The notes: generated by a model from the letters alone, not told the origin. A stretch of 64,000 nt of DNA from Candidatus Wolfebacteria bacterium GW2011_GWB1_47_1 (GCA_001029635.1 CP011209.1:157352-221351); one strand, 5' to 3'; counted from the stretch's first letter, positions 1-8,325 are shown. Made by a program: numbers and translations.

Positions 1-1245
1 CGAAAAGACTTTGCTTTTTCGCTCAGGTCCAAGCAGTACCTTCTCGATTGCTTCATACAGATCAACTTGAGGAATTTGCTTCTCGCTCTTGCGTGCCGCA
101 AGGATGGCCGCTTCGTTCATGATGTTTTCGAGATCAGCCCCAGAAAATCCCGGGGTTCGGACTGCGATCTGTTTCAGGTTGACATCTTTTGCCAGTGGTT
201 TTCCTCGTCCATGGATCTGTAAGATCGCTTCGCGATCTTCCATGTTCGGTAAATCAACCATTACGCGCCGATCGAAGCGTCCTGCGCGTAAAAGAGCGGC
301 ATCAAGGACGTCAGGGCGATTGGTCGCCGCAAGGACAATGACATTCGTATCCTTATCGAATCCATCCATCTCGACCAAGATCTGGTTTAATGTCTGCTCT
401 CGCTCATCATGTCCACCTCCGACACCCGCTCCCCGTTCGCGCCCGATGGCATCGATTTCGTCGATGAACAAAATGGAAGGAGCTGCGCGCTTTGCCGTCT
501 CGAACGCATCGCGCGTTCGAGAAGCCCCGACACCAACAAACATTTCTACAAACTCGGATGCTGAAATATGGAAGAATGGCACACCCGCCTGTCCGGCGAC
601 TGCGCGCGCAAGCAACGTCTTCCCGCAGCCCGGAGCGCCCAAAAGCAGTACGCCCCGCGGGATCTTCGCACCCATCTCGAGATACTTCTTCGGATTCTTC
701 AAAAAGTCTACAACCTCCATGAGTTCCTGCTTCGCTTCCTTTAGTCCCGCAACATCATCAAACGAAACGGTTCCCTTAAATGGCGTAAACATTTTCAATT
801 TCGCCTTGCCAAACATGAATGCCTGATTTGCTCCGCCTTTTGCCTGGCGAAACATAAAGAAGAAGATGGCTCCAATAATGAGGATCGGTAGTAAGATCGG
901 CAACAGCATAGCAGCCCAAAATTTAAACCCGGATTCCTCAGTAATTGTGAAGCTTACCTGCTGCATCGCCTCGGAAGAAACGCCGTAGTTGGTCAACGTT
1001 TCAGTCAGTCCAGCTTCGGCCTCCTTTTTGGAAATACCAATATCCCCATTCTTCAGCTCAAGATTGAGCGCATCGCCATTCACGGCGATCTTCGCGACTT
1101 CTCCCGCGTTGATTTTGATTGCAACTTGATCGAGTGTCAGCTGGATAGGTTCCTTGGTCTCTTTATACGCAAGCGAAAACAGGATCGCGATCACAAAAAA
1201 GATCCCGACCGCCCACAAAATGTTCTTGGTCAAAAATTTCATCAT
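1..1245 (-). CDS. ftsH: ATP-dependent zinc metalloprotease FtsH, N-terminal about 415 aa; C-terminus lies beyond the window start
   Basis: Reverse-strand translation starts [17 protein letters not shown] (TM region), then Walker [23 protein letters not shown], Walker [12 protein letters not shown] and the SRH region [18 protein letters not shown]. The + strand ORF 89..826 in the track is its antisense artefact. Confidence 0.85.
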   Translation of the reverse strand, partial: MMKFLTKNILWAVGIFFVIAILFSLAYKETKEPIQLTLDQVAIKINAGEVAKIAVNGDALNLELKNGDIGISKKEAEAGLTETLTNYGVSSEAMQQVSFTITEESGFKFWAAMLLPILLPILIIGAIFFFMFRQAKGGANQAFMFGKAKLKMFTPFKGTVSFDDVAGLKEAKQELMEVVDFLKNPKKYLEMGAKIPRGVLLLGAPGCGKTLLARAVAGQAGVPFFHISASEFVEMFVGVGASRTRDAFETAKRAAPSILFIDEIDAIGRERGAGVGGGHDEREQTLNQILVEMDGFDKDTNVIVLAATNRPDVLDAALLRAGRFDRRVMVDLPNMEDREAILQIHGRGKPLAKDVNLKQIAVRTPGFSGADLENIMNEAAILAARKSEKQIPQVDLYEAIEKVLLGPERKSKVFS

Positions 1246-1292
1246 AGTTGTTTTATTATAAACCGAGCGAACGTATTAATAAAGAAGGAATA

Positions 1293-1321
1293 TTGACACC
1301 TCTCCAGTATAGTCGTATAAA
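1293..1321 (+). promoter_or_regulatory. Sigma70-like promoter TTGACA-N17-TATAAA upstream of the small Cys-rich gene
   Basis: TTGACA at 1293-1298, 17-bp spacer, TATAAA at 1316-1321; the GGAGGAG RBS precedes the ATG at 1361. Confidence 0.45.
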
Positions 1322-1360
1322 AATACCAGTAGTTTAACTACGCGGAACACCGGAGGAGCT

Positions 1361-1555
1361 ATGGAAGAAGAAAGTAACAACGGACCAGTTACAGAAGAAG
1401 ATCTCATCAACTGCTTGAAATGCAGTCAAATCATCATCTCACCCACAACCGCACGAAAGTGTCCGAACGATGCACATCACCTCTGCGCAACCTGCGCCCT
1501 TTCCGAGCACGGCCAGTGCCCCCAGTGCAAAGCACAGCTCGAACCCGCAGAATAG
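1361..1555 (+). CDS. Small Cys-rich zinc-ribbon-like protein (64 aa)
   Basis: Good RBS. CxxC, CxxC and CPxC motifs; the C-terminus GQCPQCKAQLEP resembles the C-terminus of the next ORF; terminator follows. Confidence 0.55.
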   Translation: MEEESNNGPVTEEDLINCLKCSQIIISPTTARKCPNDAHHLCATCALSEHGQCPQCKAQLEPAE

Positions 1556-1563
1556 TTCACCCC

Positions 1564-1589
1564 AGCCGGCGCATGCGCCGGCTTTTTGT
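1564..1589 (+). terminator. Rho-independent terminator
   Basis: GC hairpin AGCCGGCGCATGCGCCGGCT followed by a T-run. Confidence 0.6.
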
Positions 1590-1670
1590 ATGGAAATAGT
1601 AGGAGTTGACAACAATAACAAAAGAGTATATAAAATATACAGTTCTATCTACTCTGTTCAAGGAGGCGCC

Positions 1671-2096
1671 ATGTCTGTCGCACAAGATAAAAAGGCAGTT
1701 CATCTGATCTGCGCAAAATGCGGAGACGCGATTACAGCAGGAGGAGCCGAATGTCGTGAGACAAGCAAAGAAGAGCTGTTCATACAGAGCAAATACCCGC
1801 ACTACGAAAGCGACAAGCGGCGCGACGAAGCAGTGCTGTTACTCCAAGAGGGCGGTATTGAGGCATGGCCACTCGGATGCGAAGCCCCGGGGACACCCAA
1901 GCCGCACTTCTTCGTGCTGTGGGAGATCCGCGAGGCCTGGAAGGCGAGGATTCGAAGTGGACTCGTCCCAGGGGTAATATGGCACTCCGCTGAATGTCTT
2001 TCACAGAAGCGTTTTTGCCTCTGCGACGCATGTGCGGTGACAACTATGCACAGGTGCCCACTGTGTGCCGCACAACTCACCCCGATCACGCAGTGA
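1671..2096 (+). CDS. Cys-rich hypothetical protein (141 aa), paralog-like to the 1361 gene
   Basis: RBS AAGGAGG 5 nt before the ATG at 1671. CAKC, CLCDAC and HRCPLCAAQLTP motifs; the C-terminal motif CP-x-C-x-AQL-x-P is shared with the upstream small protein. Confidence 0.5.
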   Translation: MSVAQDKKAVHLICAKCGDAITAGGAECRETSKEELFIQSKYPHYESDKRRDEAVLLLQEGGIEAWPLGCEAPGTPKPHFFVLWEIREAWKARIRSGLVPGVIWHSAECLSQKRFCLCDACAVTTMHRCPLCAAQLTPITQ

Positions 2097-2099
2097 TCC

Positions 2100-2128
2100 C
2101 AAGACCGGCTCCCGCCGGTCTTTTTTTA
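2100..2128 (+). terminator. Rho-independent terminator
   Basis: AAGACCGGCTCCCGCCGGTCTT hairpin followed by T7. Confidence 0.6.
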
Positions 2129-2196
2129 TTGACACAAAACGGATTCGGATATATAGAGTACATAGCACGACTCATTTTCTGAAAAGAGGAGCACAT

Positions 2197-2499
2197 ATGA
2201 GCATTCGAACCAAGGCGGTATTCTCAACGGGCCTACGAGCAAAGACGGCTATCTGGCCGGGAGACCTGGTGCGCTATGACGTGGGTGGCGTCTATATCTG
2301 GCGCCGAGGAGACACCACGCTAGAAAAACCGAACGGGGATAAATACCTCGTTAAAAATCCCGGCATACTGAGTGTCTCCCAGATGGGCGACATAGCCCAG
2401 GATACCGCGCATCTCCTCGCGCTTATATGCGAATTGCCCGTATTCACGGTGTTAGGCCCAGAGGATCGGACCGCATACCAGATCGGAGAACAGAAATAA
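2197..2499 (+). CDS. Hypothetical protein (100 aa)
   Basis: RBS AAAAGAGGAG upstream of the ATG at 2197; a terminator hairpin follows. Confidence 0.45.
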   Translation: MSIRTKAVFSTGLRAKTAIWPGDLVRYDVGGVYIWRRGDTTLEKPNGDKYLVKNPGILSVSQMGDIAQDTAHLLALICELPVFTVLGPEDRTAYQIGEQK

Positions 2500-2502
2500 C
2501 GG

Positions 2503-2531
2503 CAAAGCCGGCGTATGCGCCGGCCTTTTTA
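2503..2531. terminator. Bidirectional terminator between the 2197 gene (+) and trxB (-)
   Basis: AAAGCCGGCGTATGCGCCGGCCTTTTT hairpin with A/T runs on both sides. Confidence 0.55.
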
Positions 2532-2563
2532 TTTCTCACATCTCTTACCTCTATTCACTTACC

Positions 2564-3502
2564 TCACTTTTTCAGCCACATCTGTATGCTATTCGCAGCA
2601 ATAGCCCCCTCAGAAGCTGCCGTGATGATCTGCTTGAATTTATTCGAACCAGTAGTGATATCCCCAGCAGCCCACACACCCGCATACGAGGTTTTGCATT
2701 CCTTGTCGATTTCCACATAGCCATCAGCATCGATCGCGAGCTGTAGACCCTCAGTAAACCCGACCTGCGGGTCGGCTCCGATTTCCACAAACACTCCAGC
2801 AACCGCAAGCGTGGCGCTGCCCGCATGTTCTCTATCAAGTGCAACCTCCGTTACAGCAGCCTCCCCATTGATGGAGGTGATGTTCGTGTCGTAAACAACT
2901 TCTATATTGGAAGCCTCTTCAATGCGTTTCTTCCAGAACTCCTCGCAACGCAAAGCAGAGCCTCGATAGATCACATAAACCTTGCGCGCAATATCGGCAA
3001 GATACAGGGCTGAGATAGCTGCACTATCATTTCCCCCAATAACCGCAACATCCTTATCTTTAAAAAAGAACCCGTCGCACGTCGCACAGAACGAAACGCC
3101 TTGCCCTGAAAATTCCGCTTCACCGGGAATGTGCAAATGACGATGTTCGGTTCCGGTGGCGACCAGTACCGTCTTCGCGTGTACTATATTGCCATTGTCC
3201 AGCTCGAGCGCAAACACAAGACCTTCCTTTTCAATACCCTTTACTTTAGCAACCACAAAAGGCACTCCATAACTTTTTGCATGTGCAACAGCCTTTTGCG
3301 CAAAATCAAACCCTGTTATTTTTTCATCCCCAAGCCAATTGCCGATCTCATGTGACTTGGTTGCCGTCCCTCCGAACAAATCCCCGATCACAATACTCGT
3401 AAGCGCATACCGCGAAAGGTACACCGCCGCAGACAACCCCGCAGGACCTGCTCCGATGATCGCGGTATCGAACAATTGTATCTCTTGTTTCGTCGTTTCC
3501 AT
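2564..3502 (-). CDS. trxB: Thioredoxin-disulfide reductase
   Basis: FAD motif GAGPAGLSAAVY, redox-active CATC, NADPH motif VAVIGGNDSA, 312 aa. Ends in a TGA stop directly followed by the terminator. Confidence 0.9.
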   Translation of the reverse strand: METTKQEIQLFDTAIIGAGPAGLSAAVYLSRYALTSIVIGDLFGGTATKSHEIGNWLGDEKITGFDFAQKAVAHAKSYGVPFVVAKVKGIEKEGLVFALELDNGNIVHAKTVLVATGTEHRHLHIPGEAEFSGQGVSFCATCDGFFFKDKDVAVIGGNDSAAISALYLADIARKVYVIYRGSALRCEEFWKKRIEEASNIEVVYDTNITSINGEAAVTEVALDREHAGSATLAVAGVFVEIGADPQVGFTEGLQLAIDADGYVEIDKECKTSYAGVWAAGDITTGSNKFKQIITAASEGAIAANSIQMWLKK

Positions 3503-3539
3503 AGATAGATTGTATACTATTCTCTTTTTCCTGTCCCAA

Positions 3540-3881
3540 TTAGACGAGCTTGGTTAACGCTTCCCTCAACTCCTCCTCGATAACCTCCTTCGGACGGTAG
3601 CCTACAAAGCTTGCCACAACCTGCCCATTTTTAAACAACTGCATATTAGGAATACTTTGGATGTGATATTCCGCGGCGATCTCGTGCGAGGTCGGCTCAT
3701 CCACATTCAACTTTGCGACTTTCACCTGATCGCCCATATCATGCGCGATAGCATCGAGGATAGGACCCATCATAATGCACGGACCGCACCACGGCGCCCA
3801 AAAATCAACAAGTACCGGCAGTGTCGATTCCAACACCTCCTCCTTAAAATTTTCAAATGTTACTTCGATTGGTTTTTTCAT
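3540..3881 (-). CDS. trxA: Thioredoxin
   Basis: WAPWCGPC active site, 113 aa. Confidence 0.9.
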   Translation of the reverse strand: MKKPIEVTFENFKEEVLESTLPVLVDFWAPWCGPCIMMGPILDAIAHDMGDQVKVAKLNVDEPTSHEIAAEYHIQSIPNMQLFKNGQVVASFVGYRPKEVIEEELREALTKLV

Positions 3882-3893
3882 ACAAAAAAATGA

Positions 3894-4136
3894 TTAATTA
3901 AATTTGAACAACGCTTTGATATATGCTTCGCCTAGATGCTTGCAACGGTCATCATCTTTGAGTAGCTCAACCCCCAGCGAAGAGATTGATTGGCGGATAG
4001 CAGATATTTGAGTGATCACGTCAACGCAAGCGCGTTCTTCCTCGATCATCGAACGGATTCCGCGCAATTGTCCTTCGATGCGGGCAATACGATCAACGAC
4101 ATCCTTCTTTTTGGAGAGTTGTTCTTTATTTCCCAT
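3894..4136 (-). CDS. CsoR/RcnR/FrmR-family metal- or thiol-sensing transcriptional repressor (about 80 aa)
   Basis: Small all-helical protein with conserved Cys residues (RACVD, DRCKH). The start is set at MGNKEQ because the upstream in-frame ATG lies inside the -10 element; the mRNA is likely leaderless. Confidence 0.7.
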   Translation of the reverse strand: MGNKEQLSKKKDVVDRIARIEGQLRGIRSMIEEERACVDVITQISAIRQSISSLGVELLKDDDRCKHLGEAYIKALFKFN

Positions 4137-4147
4137 ATTGGTATAGT

Positions 4148-4168
4148 ACATACCCCCAGGGGGTATGT
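4148..4168. promoter_or_regulatory. Perfect 21-bp palindromic operator ACATACCCCC-A-GGGGGTATGT (CsoR-type) embedded in the promoter for the csoR-trxA-trxB operon (minus strand)
   Basis: The palindrome sits in the spacer between -35 TTGACA (reverse complement of 4166-4171) and -10 TACTAT (reverse complement of 4143-4148). The G/C-tract ATACCC...GGGTAT architecture is typical of CsoR-family operators. Confidence 0.6.
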
Positions 4169-4355
4169 CAAGACATGGGTATTTATTGACTAAGAGTCAT
4201 TATATCTATACAATAGTTTCACATTGCATTCTACATTCTTAGCCATCTGCATTTTTGTTGTCGGTTATAGATTGTAGGTTGTTAGTTGTATTCCGCATTC
4301 CTAATCCCTTTGCATTCCTGTTATCGGTCATAGGTTTTCGGTTATCAGTTATTTT

Positions 4356-4429
4356 GCACTCGTAGCTCAATTGGTTAGAGCACCCGCCTGTCACGCGGGA
4401 GGTTACCGGTTCGAGCCCGGCCGAGTGCG
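4356..4429 (+). tRNA. tRNA-Asp (GTC)
   Basis: Canonical cloverleaf; anticodon loop CTGTCAC; acceptor GCACTCG/CGAGTGC; discriminator G; CCA not encoded. Confidence 0.9.
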
Positions 4430-4446
4430 CATTGAATGTTACTAGC

Positions 4447-4477
4447 AAAAAAGACGAGTAAAAAGCTCGTCTTTTTT
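4447..4477 (+). terminator. Rho-independent terminator after tRNA-Asp
   Basis: AAAAAAGACGAG-TAAAAAG-CTCGTCTTTTTT. Confidence 0.65.
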
Positions 4478-4494
4478 GCTTCCCCTCTTTAATC

Positions 4495-4668
4495 TGCGAG
4501 CATGTAAAAATAGGGATCAGCTGGACGAAGAAAATCTCCTCAGAAACTAAGGGTCTAGGACCCGTCAGCCAGACGGGCGAGCCTTAGTTTTGCAAGAGAT
4601 TTTAGAGTCCGGCCCCTATTTTTATTCCGCGAGCGACTTTTTTGGTACTTTTTTCTAGAAAAAAGTAC
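4495..4668. repeat. Copy A of the roughly 143-bp TIR/hairpin element (4495-4637) plus the adjacent GTAC-N14-GTAC palindrome (4645-4668)
   Basis: Terminal inverted repeats tGCGAGCatGTAAAAATAGGG and CCCCTATTTTTAttccGCGAGCgac; internal long stem with apex CCCGTC-AGCCA-GACGGG. Three more copies lie at 12796, 21805 and 33837. Confidence 0.7.
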
Positions 4669-4713
4669 AGGGGAAACTTGAGGGACCCTCTTCATTTCCT
4701 ATATACTATTTGC

Positions 4714-5214
4714 ATGGAGCTACGAACCAATGAGGGTCATCGCATCACCTCGACCGCCATCATTCACAAGAACGGTAAGTTTTTAATTACCAAGCGGAGC
4801 CCACACAAAAAGGCATTCCCAAACAAATGGACTGTTCCGGGTGGCGGATTGGAAACCGAGGATTACACCAGCACCCCGAAGACGACTGCCGACCACTGGT
4901 ATTATGCGATTGAAAATTCCCTCCGTCGAGAAATTCTTGAAGAAGTAAATCTAGAGGTAGGCAAAGTGGACTACCTGCTCGATATGGCATTTATCCGACC
5001 CGATGGATGGCCTGTTATCGTATTAAGTTACTACTGCCCTTATAAATCAGGGTTGGTAAAGCTCGACGAAGACGCCGTAGATCATGCATGGGTCACCTAC
5101 GAAGAGGCACGAAATTACGATCTCATTGATGGGATTCTCGCCGAAATAGAAATGGTGGACAAAATTCTCAAAGGAGAAGACCCGAGGACCGTATCGTTTA
5201 ATCATATTGCATGA
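4714..5214 (+). CDS. NUDIX hydrolase
   Basis: Nudix box GGGLETED...LRREILEEVNLEV. The start is chosen at MELRTNEG because the ORF-track 5' extension overlaps repeat copy A. Confidence 0.75.
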   Translation: MELRTNEGHRITSTAIIHKNGKFLITKRSPHKKAFPNKWTVPGGGLETEDYTSTPKTTADHWYYAIENSLRREILEEVNLEVGKVDYLLDMAFIRPDGWPVIVLSYYCPYKSGLVKLDEDAVDHAWVTYEEARNYDLIDGILAEIEMVDKILKGEDPRTVSFNHIA

Positions 5215-5216
5215 CA

Positions 5217-5247
5217 AAAAAGCCGTGCGCCTAAGGCGCACGGCTTT
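5217..5247. terminator. Bidirectional terminator between the NUDIX gene (+) and the MazG gene (-)
   Basis: AAAGCCGTGCGCCTTAGGCGCACGGCTTT hairpin. Confidence 0.6.
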
Positions 5248-5250
5248 GTC

Positions 5251-5799
5251 TTAGGTCTCGATAAGAAATCGCTCCCTATCTCGGACACTGACCTTATGCA
5301 CGCTTGCATTGAATGCATCGTCCATCGTGCATTCAAGTCGTTCGCATAGCGATTCAAGTGCTCGAATCGCATTCCCGAGCTTTATCTCAACGGTCAGAAT
5401 GGAAAGAAGTTGAGACGTGTTATTCGCTCCATACCGAACATCCACCTCTTCGATAAGCTGTCCGGCGCAGGCGTGCAATCTGGCATGCAATGAAAGGGGT
5501 GAGTGATTACGGGACGCATGCGTCTGTAGTGTGCCAATCCAATAAGCGCGATCGAGATTATACCCGTTCGCGTTGGCAAAGCAAACCAGTGTATAGAGGA
5601 CGTCTCCGATTTCTTCAACGACATCACCTTCCGGCTCATTCCACCGCTTCCGCTTGTCCCCGTGCAGATGATTGATCTCACGGGCAACTTCGCCTATCTC
5701 CTCGGATAGACGAGCCATGATCGAAAGCGGCGTCCAGTAACCCCACTGGAGAGACTGAAACAGTTCCTCAATCTTGCGTTGATATGATTGGTATCTCAT
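5251..5799 (-). CDS. MazG-family nucleoside triphosphate pyrophosphohydrolase
   Basis: MazG EE/EExxD-like helices: LSEEIGEVAREI, EEIGDVLYTLV. Confidence 0.65.
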   Translation of the reverse strand: MRYQSYQRKIEELFQSLQWGYWTPLSIMARLSEEIGEVAREINHLHGDKRKRWNEPEGDVVEEIGDVLYTLVCFANANGYNLDRAYWIGTLQTHASRNHSPLSLHARLHACAGQLIEEVDVRYGANNTSQLLSILTVEIKLGNAIRALESLCERLECTMDDAFNASVHKVSVRDRERFLIET

Positions 5800-5948
5800 A
5801 TATCCCCCACCAATACCCTACGATAAAATTTCTACCCCCAGAATACACCCCCGGCAGAAAAATACAAGACAAAAGAAAAAGGACCGCACACCTAAGATGT
5901 CCAGTCCCCTTCATTCCCAAATTAGTTGATTATACGAGGTAAATCTCT

Positions 5949-6452
5949 TTACAGAACCTCCAGTTGCGCGCTCTGCATACCAAAGAGATATGCCTGGCGG
6001 CCATCTTCCATGAAGATGTCGACATGAGTTGTGCCATTGTACCGACTGTTCATTCGGTCTTCAACGACAAACACCTTATCTCCGAACAGTTTCGGGATGC
6101 GAAACTTCGTTCCCATTGGGAGGAAGTTGGCGGCCGCGATACCATCCCGTACATACGACCCGGAGGCCGTGATGAACGGAGTGTCGTCCGTCTGGTCGAC
6201 GCTACTAGTGTAGGCACTAACCTTGGCGCTGTAGAATCGCTTCTCAGCCTGGGTTGGTGCTACGATCGATTCTCGCTGGGGCATTGCTGCCTGCGCGACA
6301 ATTGTTCCTTCAAGCGCCTGGATCTCCTGGAAAGCCGTCATAGCTTCAGCAGGGTTAGCCGCTTGGGTAGCGAACGAAAGGTCCTTCATTGCAAAGAGTG
6401 CATTGATGCCCAGAAGGGCAAAGACGATTAAAAATCGTTTACTACTGCTCAT
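5949..6452 (-). CDS. Secreted 3D-domain (MltA/YuiC-like) protein
   Basis: Signal peptide, then the 3D-domain pattern YSAKVSAYTSSVDQTDDTPFITASG...DRMNSRY. The ATG is at 6452; the track ORF begins at a TTG codon at 6464. Confidence 0.6.
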   Translation of the reverse strand: MSSSKRFLIVFALLGINALFAMKDLSFATQAANPAEAMTAFQEIQALEGTIVAQAAMPQRESIVAPTQAEKRFYSAKVSAYTSSVDQTDDTPFITASGSYVRDGIAAANFLPMGTKFRIPKLFGDKVFVVEDRMNSRYNGTTHVDIFMEDGRQAYLFGMQSAQLEVL

Positions 6453-6559
6453 ATTGCAATACAAAATCCCCTTATCGAGGATCTTGATATAAGGCTAACA
6501 GGGGTTCCAAGTAGTGTCAAGCAAGGGCTTTCAGAAAAATAAATACTTGTCAAGTGAAG

Positions 6560-6588
6560 AAAAAAGGCGCCCGAAAGGCGCCATAGCA
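6560..6588. terminator. Hairpin terminator between convergent genes
   Basis: AAAAAAGGCGCCCGAAAGGCGCC. Confidence 0.5.
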
Positions 6589-7161
6589 TTAATTTACCCT
6601 CACTTGGAAATTCTGGTACACGCACATCCCCCGCTCCCGGATGATATTCTGGGTCTTTCGGCTCCCATAATCGAGTATTCGCAGCTTCCCATCCGAGATG
6701 CAGAAATTATTAATCGAGGTAAAATGATGTGCATCCGAATACAGCACTCGCTCCTCAATAAACTTCTGAAGTTGTCCCCTAAATTCCCACTGATCCATCA
6801 CAAGTGGCTCTCCGCGTAATTGGATGTTTACAAGCCCGAAGAACGAGAAGTATGTGGGCTGTGCGAACGAATGTCGCTCAACAAGACAAAACCAGTACTC
6901 ACGCCAATTATCCATAACTCCTTTGAACACGAGCCTCCTAAACCCCAGAAACCCCTCGCTCTCCATTGGGTAAGAGAACCAGCGGGAAAACGGGACGAAG
7001 GCGGTTCCTCGAACAAACCCCAGGACACTACGATACAGCGCGATAAGACGAATAATCGGAAATTTAAAAACGAGTCCAAGAGATATGATTTCAACAACAA
7101 CCCGATTGGTGCCAACATAAATAACACACCGTTCGGCAAGCCACTGCGGGATCGTTCGCAT
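6589..7161 (-). CDS. Hypothetical protein with a kinase-like motif (possibly LPS-kinase/RIO-like)
   Basis: HHFTSINNFCISDGKLRILDYG resembles a protein-kinase catalytic/DFG region; otherwise unrecognised. Confidence 0.35.
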   Translation of the reverse strand: MRTIPQWLAERCVIYVGTNRVVVEIISLGLVFKFPIIRLIALYRSVLGFVRGTAFVPFSRWFSYPMESEGFLGFRRLVFKGVMDNWREYWFCLVERHSFAQPTYFSFFGLVNIQLRGEPLVMDQWEFRGQLQKFIEERVLYSDAHHFTSINNFCISDGKLRILDYGSRKTQNIIRERGMCVYQNFQVRVN

Positions 7162-7231
7162 GAGACCTCCTTACTTAGAATATAAGTTTCTATCCCCATT
7201 CTATGTGCACCCCACTACTAAGGTCAATGAA

Positions 7232-7262
7232 CACAAAAATCGCCAGACTGGCGATTTTTGTG
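7232..7262 (-). terminator. Terminator downstream of the minus-strand tRNA pair
   Basis: AAAAATCGCCAGTCTGGCGATTTTT hairpin. Confidence 0.6.
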
Positions 7263-7269
7263 TTCAGGA

Positions 7270-7345
7270 GGTGGGCCTGTCCAGATTCGAACTGGAGACC
7301 TCTACAATGTCAATGTAGCGCTCTAACCAACTGAGCTACAGGCCC
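7270..7345 (-). tRNA. tRNA-Val (GAC)
   Basis: Reverse complement is GGGCCTGTAGCTCAGTTGGTTAGAGCGCTACATTGACATTGTAGAGGTCTCCAGTTCGAATCTGGACAGGCCCACC, a canonical cloverleaf. Confidence 0.88.
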
Positions 7346-7360
7346 ATGTACACAACTAAC

Positions 7361-7434
7361 GGTGGGCGTGGAAGGAATCGGACCTTCGACCTCTGTCTTA
7401 TCAGGACAGCGTTCTACCACTGAACTACACGCCC
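7361..7434 (-). tRNA. tRNA-Ile (GAT)
   Basis: Reverse complement is GGGCGTGTAGTTCAGTGGTAGAACGCTGTCCTGATAAGACAGAGGTCGAAGGTCCGATTCCTTCCACGCCCACC. The anticodon loop CTGATAA is canonical, but the T-loop reads TCCGATT (C at position 55), which is unusual. Confidence 0.8.
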
Positions 7435-7556
7435 AAGTAACAAAAAATATACACTGCTTTCATCAATAAATCAACCCTGTAGTAATTTTTAGCACTCCGT
7501 TAAAAGCAATTTTTATACATGTAATATGCCGAAATCTACTACAGGACAATCATTAT

Positions 7557-7766
7557 TCATTCTTCAATGACAATACCAAGGTCCTTAGCCTTCTGCAGAT
7601 CAAACATAACCACGCCTCCTTGTAGCCCATCGCCTCCACCTGCGGTGCCTTGTAAGGCCTTGCGTACGAACATAAGCGCATTAAAAACTCCTCCAACGAG
7701 GATAAACAAGAGAACTATCGCGATAGTGGGAAGTACTATTTTCTTTTTTGATAGCATTATCTTCAT
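7557..7766 (-). CDS. Small membrane protein (69 aa), hypothetical
   Basis: One TM helix IVLPTIAIVLLFILVGGVF; weak evidence. Confidence 0.3.
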   Translation of the reverse strand: MKIMLSKKKIVLPTIAIVLLFILVGGVFNALMFVRKALQGTAGGGDGLQGGVVMFDLQKAKDLGIVIEE

Positions 7767-7773
7767 AAAAATA

Positions 7774-8325
7774 TTAAAAAGAGATCACATATCCGCTCAT
7801 AACCGCTCTGAGAGCATTTTCGCCCCGGATAATATCGAGGCTGGCAAATTTGACGAAGTAATTACTCCGCTCGACAAGTGTGAAAAACTGAGCCAAGTCA
7901 TTTAGTGTGTGTGATCCTTCCAAGGAAAGCTCAAAACTTGTCTTTCGCAGATCTCCGGACTGTGGGCCCGTCTCCTCCTTGAATCGAGGTGAGCCATTAA
8001 ATCCGGCCTGCTCCGCAAGGAAATTTATATCAGTAGAAAACGCAAGAAGTTGCTCTTTTGAAGTAAGTTTGCGATCAATCTGAGGAAGGTACTGTTGCGC
8101 CTTTTCGGCATCGCCTTGCAGTAAGGCCAGAGCGCTTAACGCCTGCTCTTTTGATTGTATTTCCGTACGCGCACTTTGGATCGAAAGGAATTTTGTATCG
8201 ATGCGGGTCATTGTATACCAAATACCGCCGCACAAAACACCGATAATAGTACATGCAACGACAAGCGTACGAATAAAATTTCTCTTAGGTTCCATATAGA
8301 TAAGTATACCGTAAATAATATTCAA
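7774..8325 (-). CDS. Hypothetical membrane-anchored protein (PilO-like topology: N-terminal TM plus coiled coil)
   Basis: TM segment LVVACTIIGVLCGGIWY followed by a predicted coiled-coil. The start could be M11 (MEPKRNF, 8295). Confidence 0.4.
   Translation of the reverse strand: MNIIYGILIYMEPKRNFIRTLVVACTIIGVLCGGIWYTMTRIDTKFLSIQSARTEIQSKEQALSALALLQGDAEKAQQYLPQIDRKLTSKEQLLAFSTDINFLAEQAGFNGSPRFKEETGPQSGDLRKTSFELSLEGSHTLNDLAQFFTLVERSNYFVKFASLDIIRGENALRAVMSGYVISF

Noticed and set aside
89-826. 245-aa + strand ORF (and nested 492..722) with low-complexity Ala/Arg/Ser-rich translation
   Set aside because: It lies antisense to the clearly conserved FtsH reading frame on the minus strand and has no RBS; it is a typical GC-rich antisense artefact.
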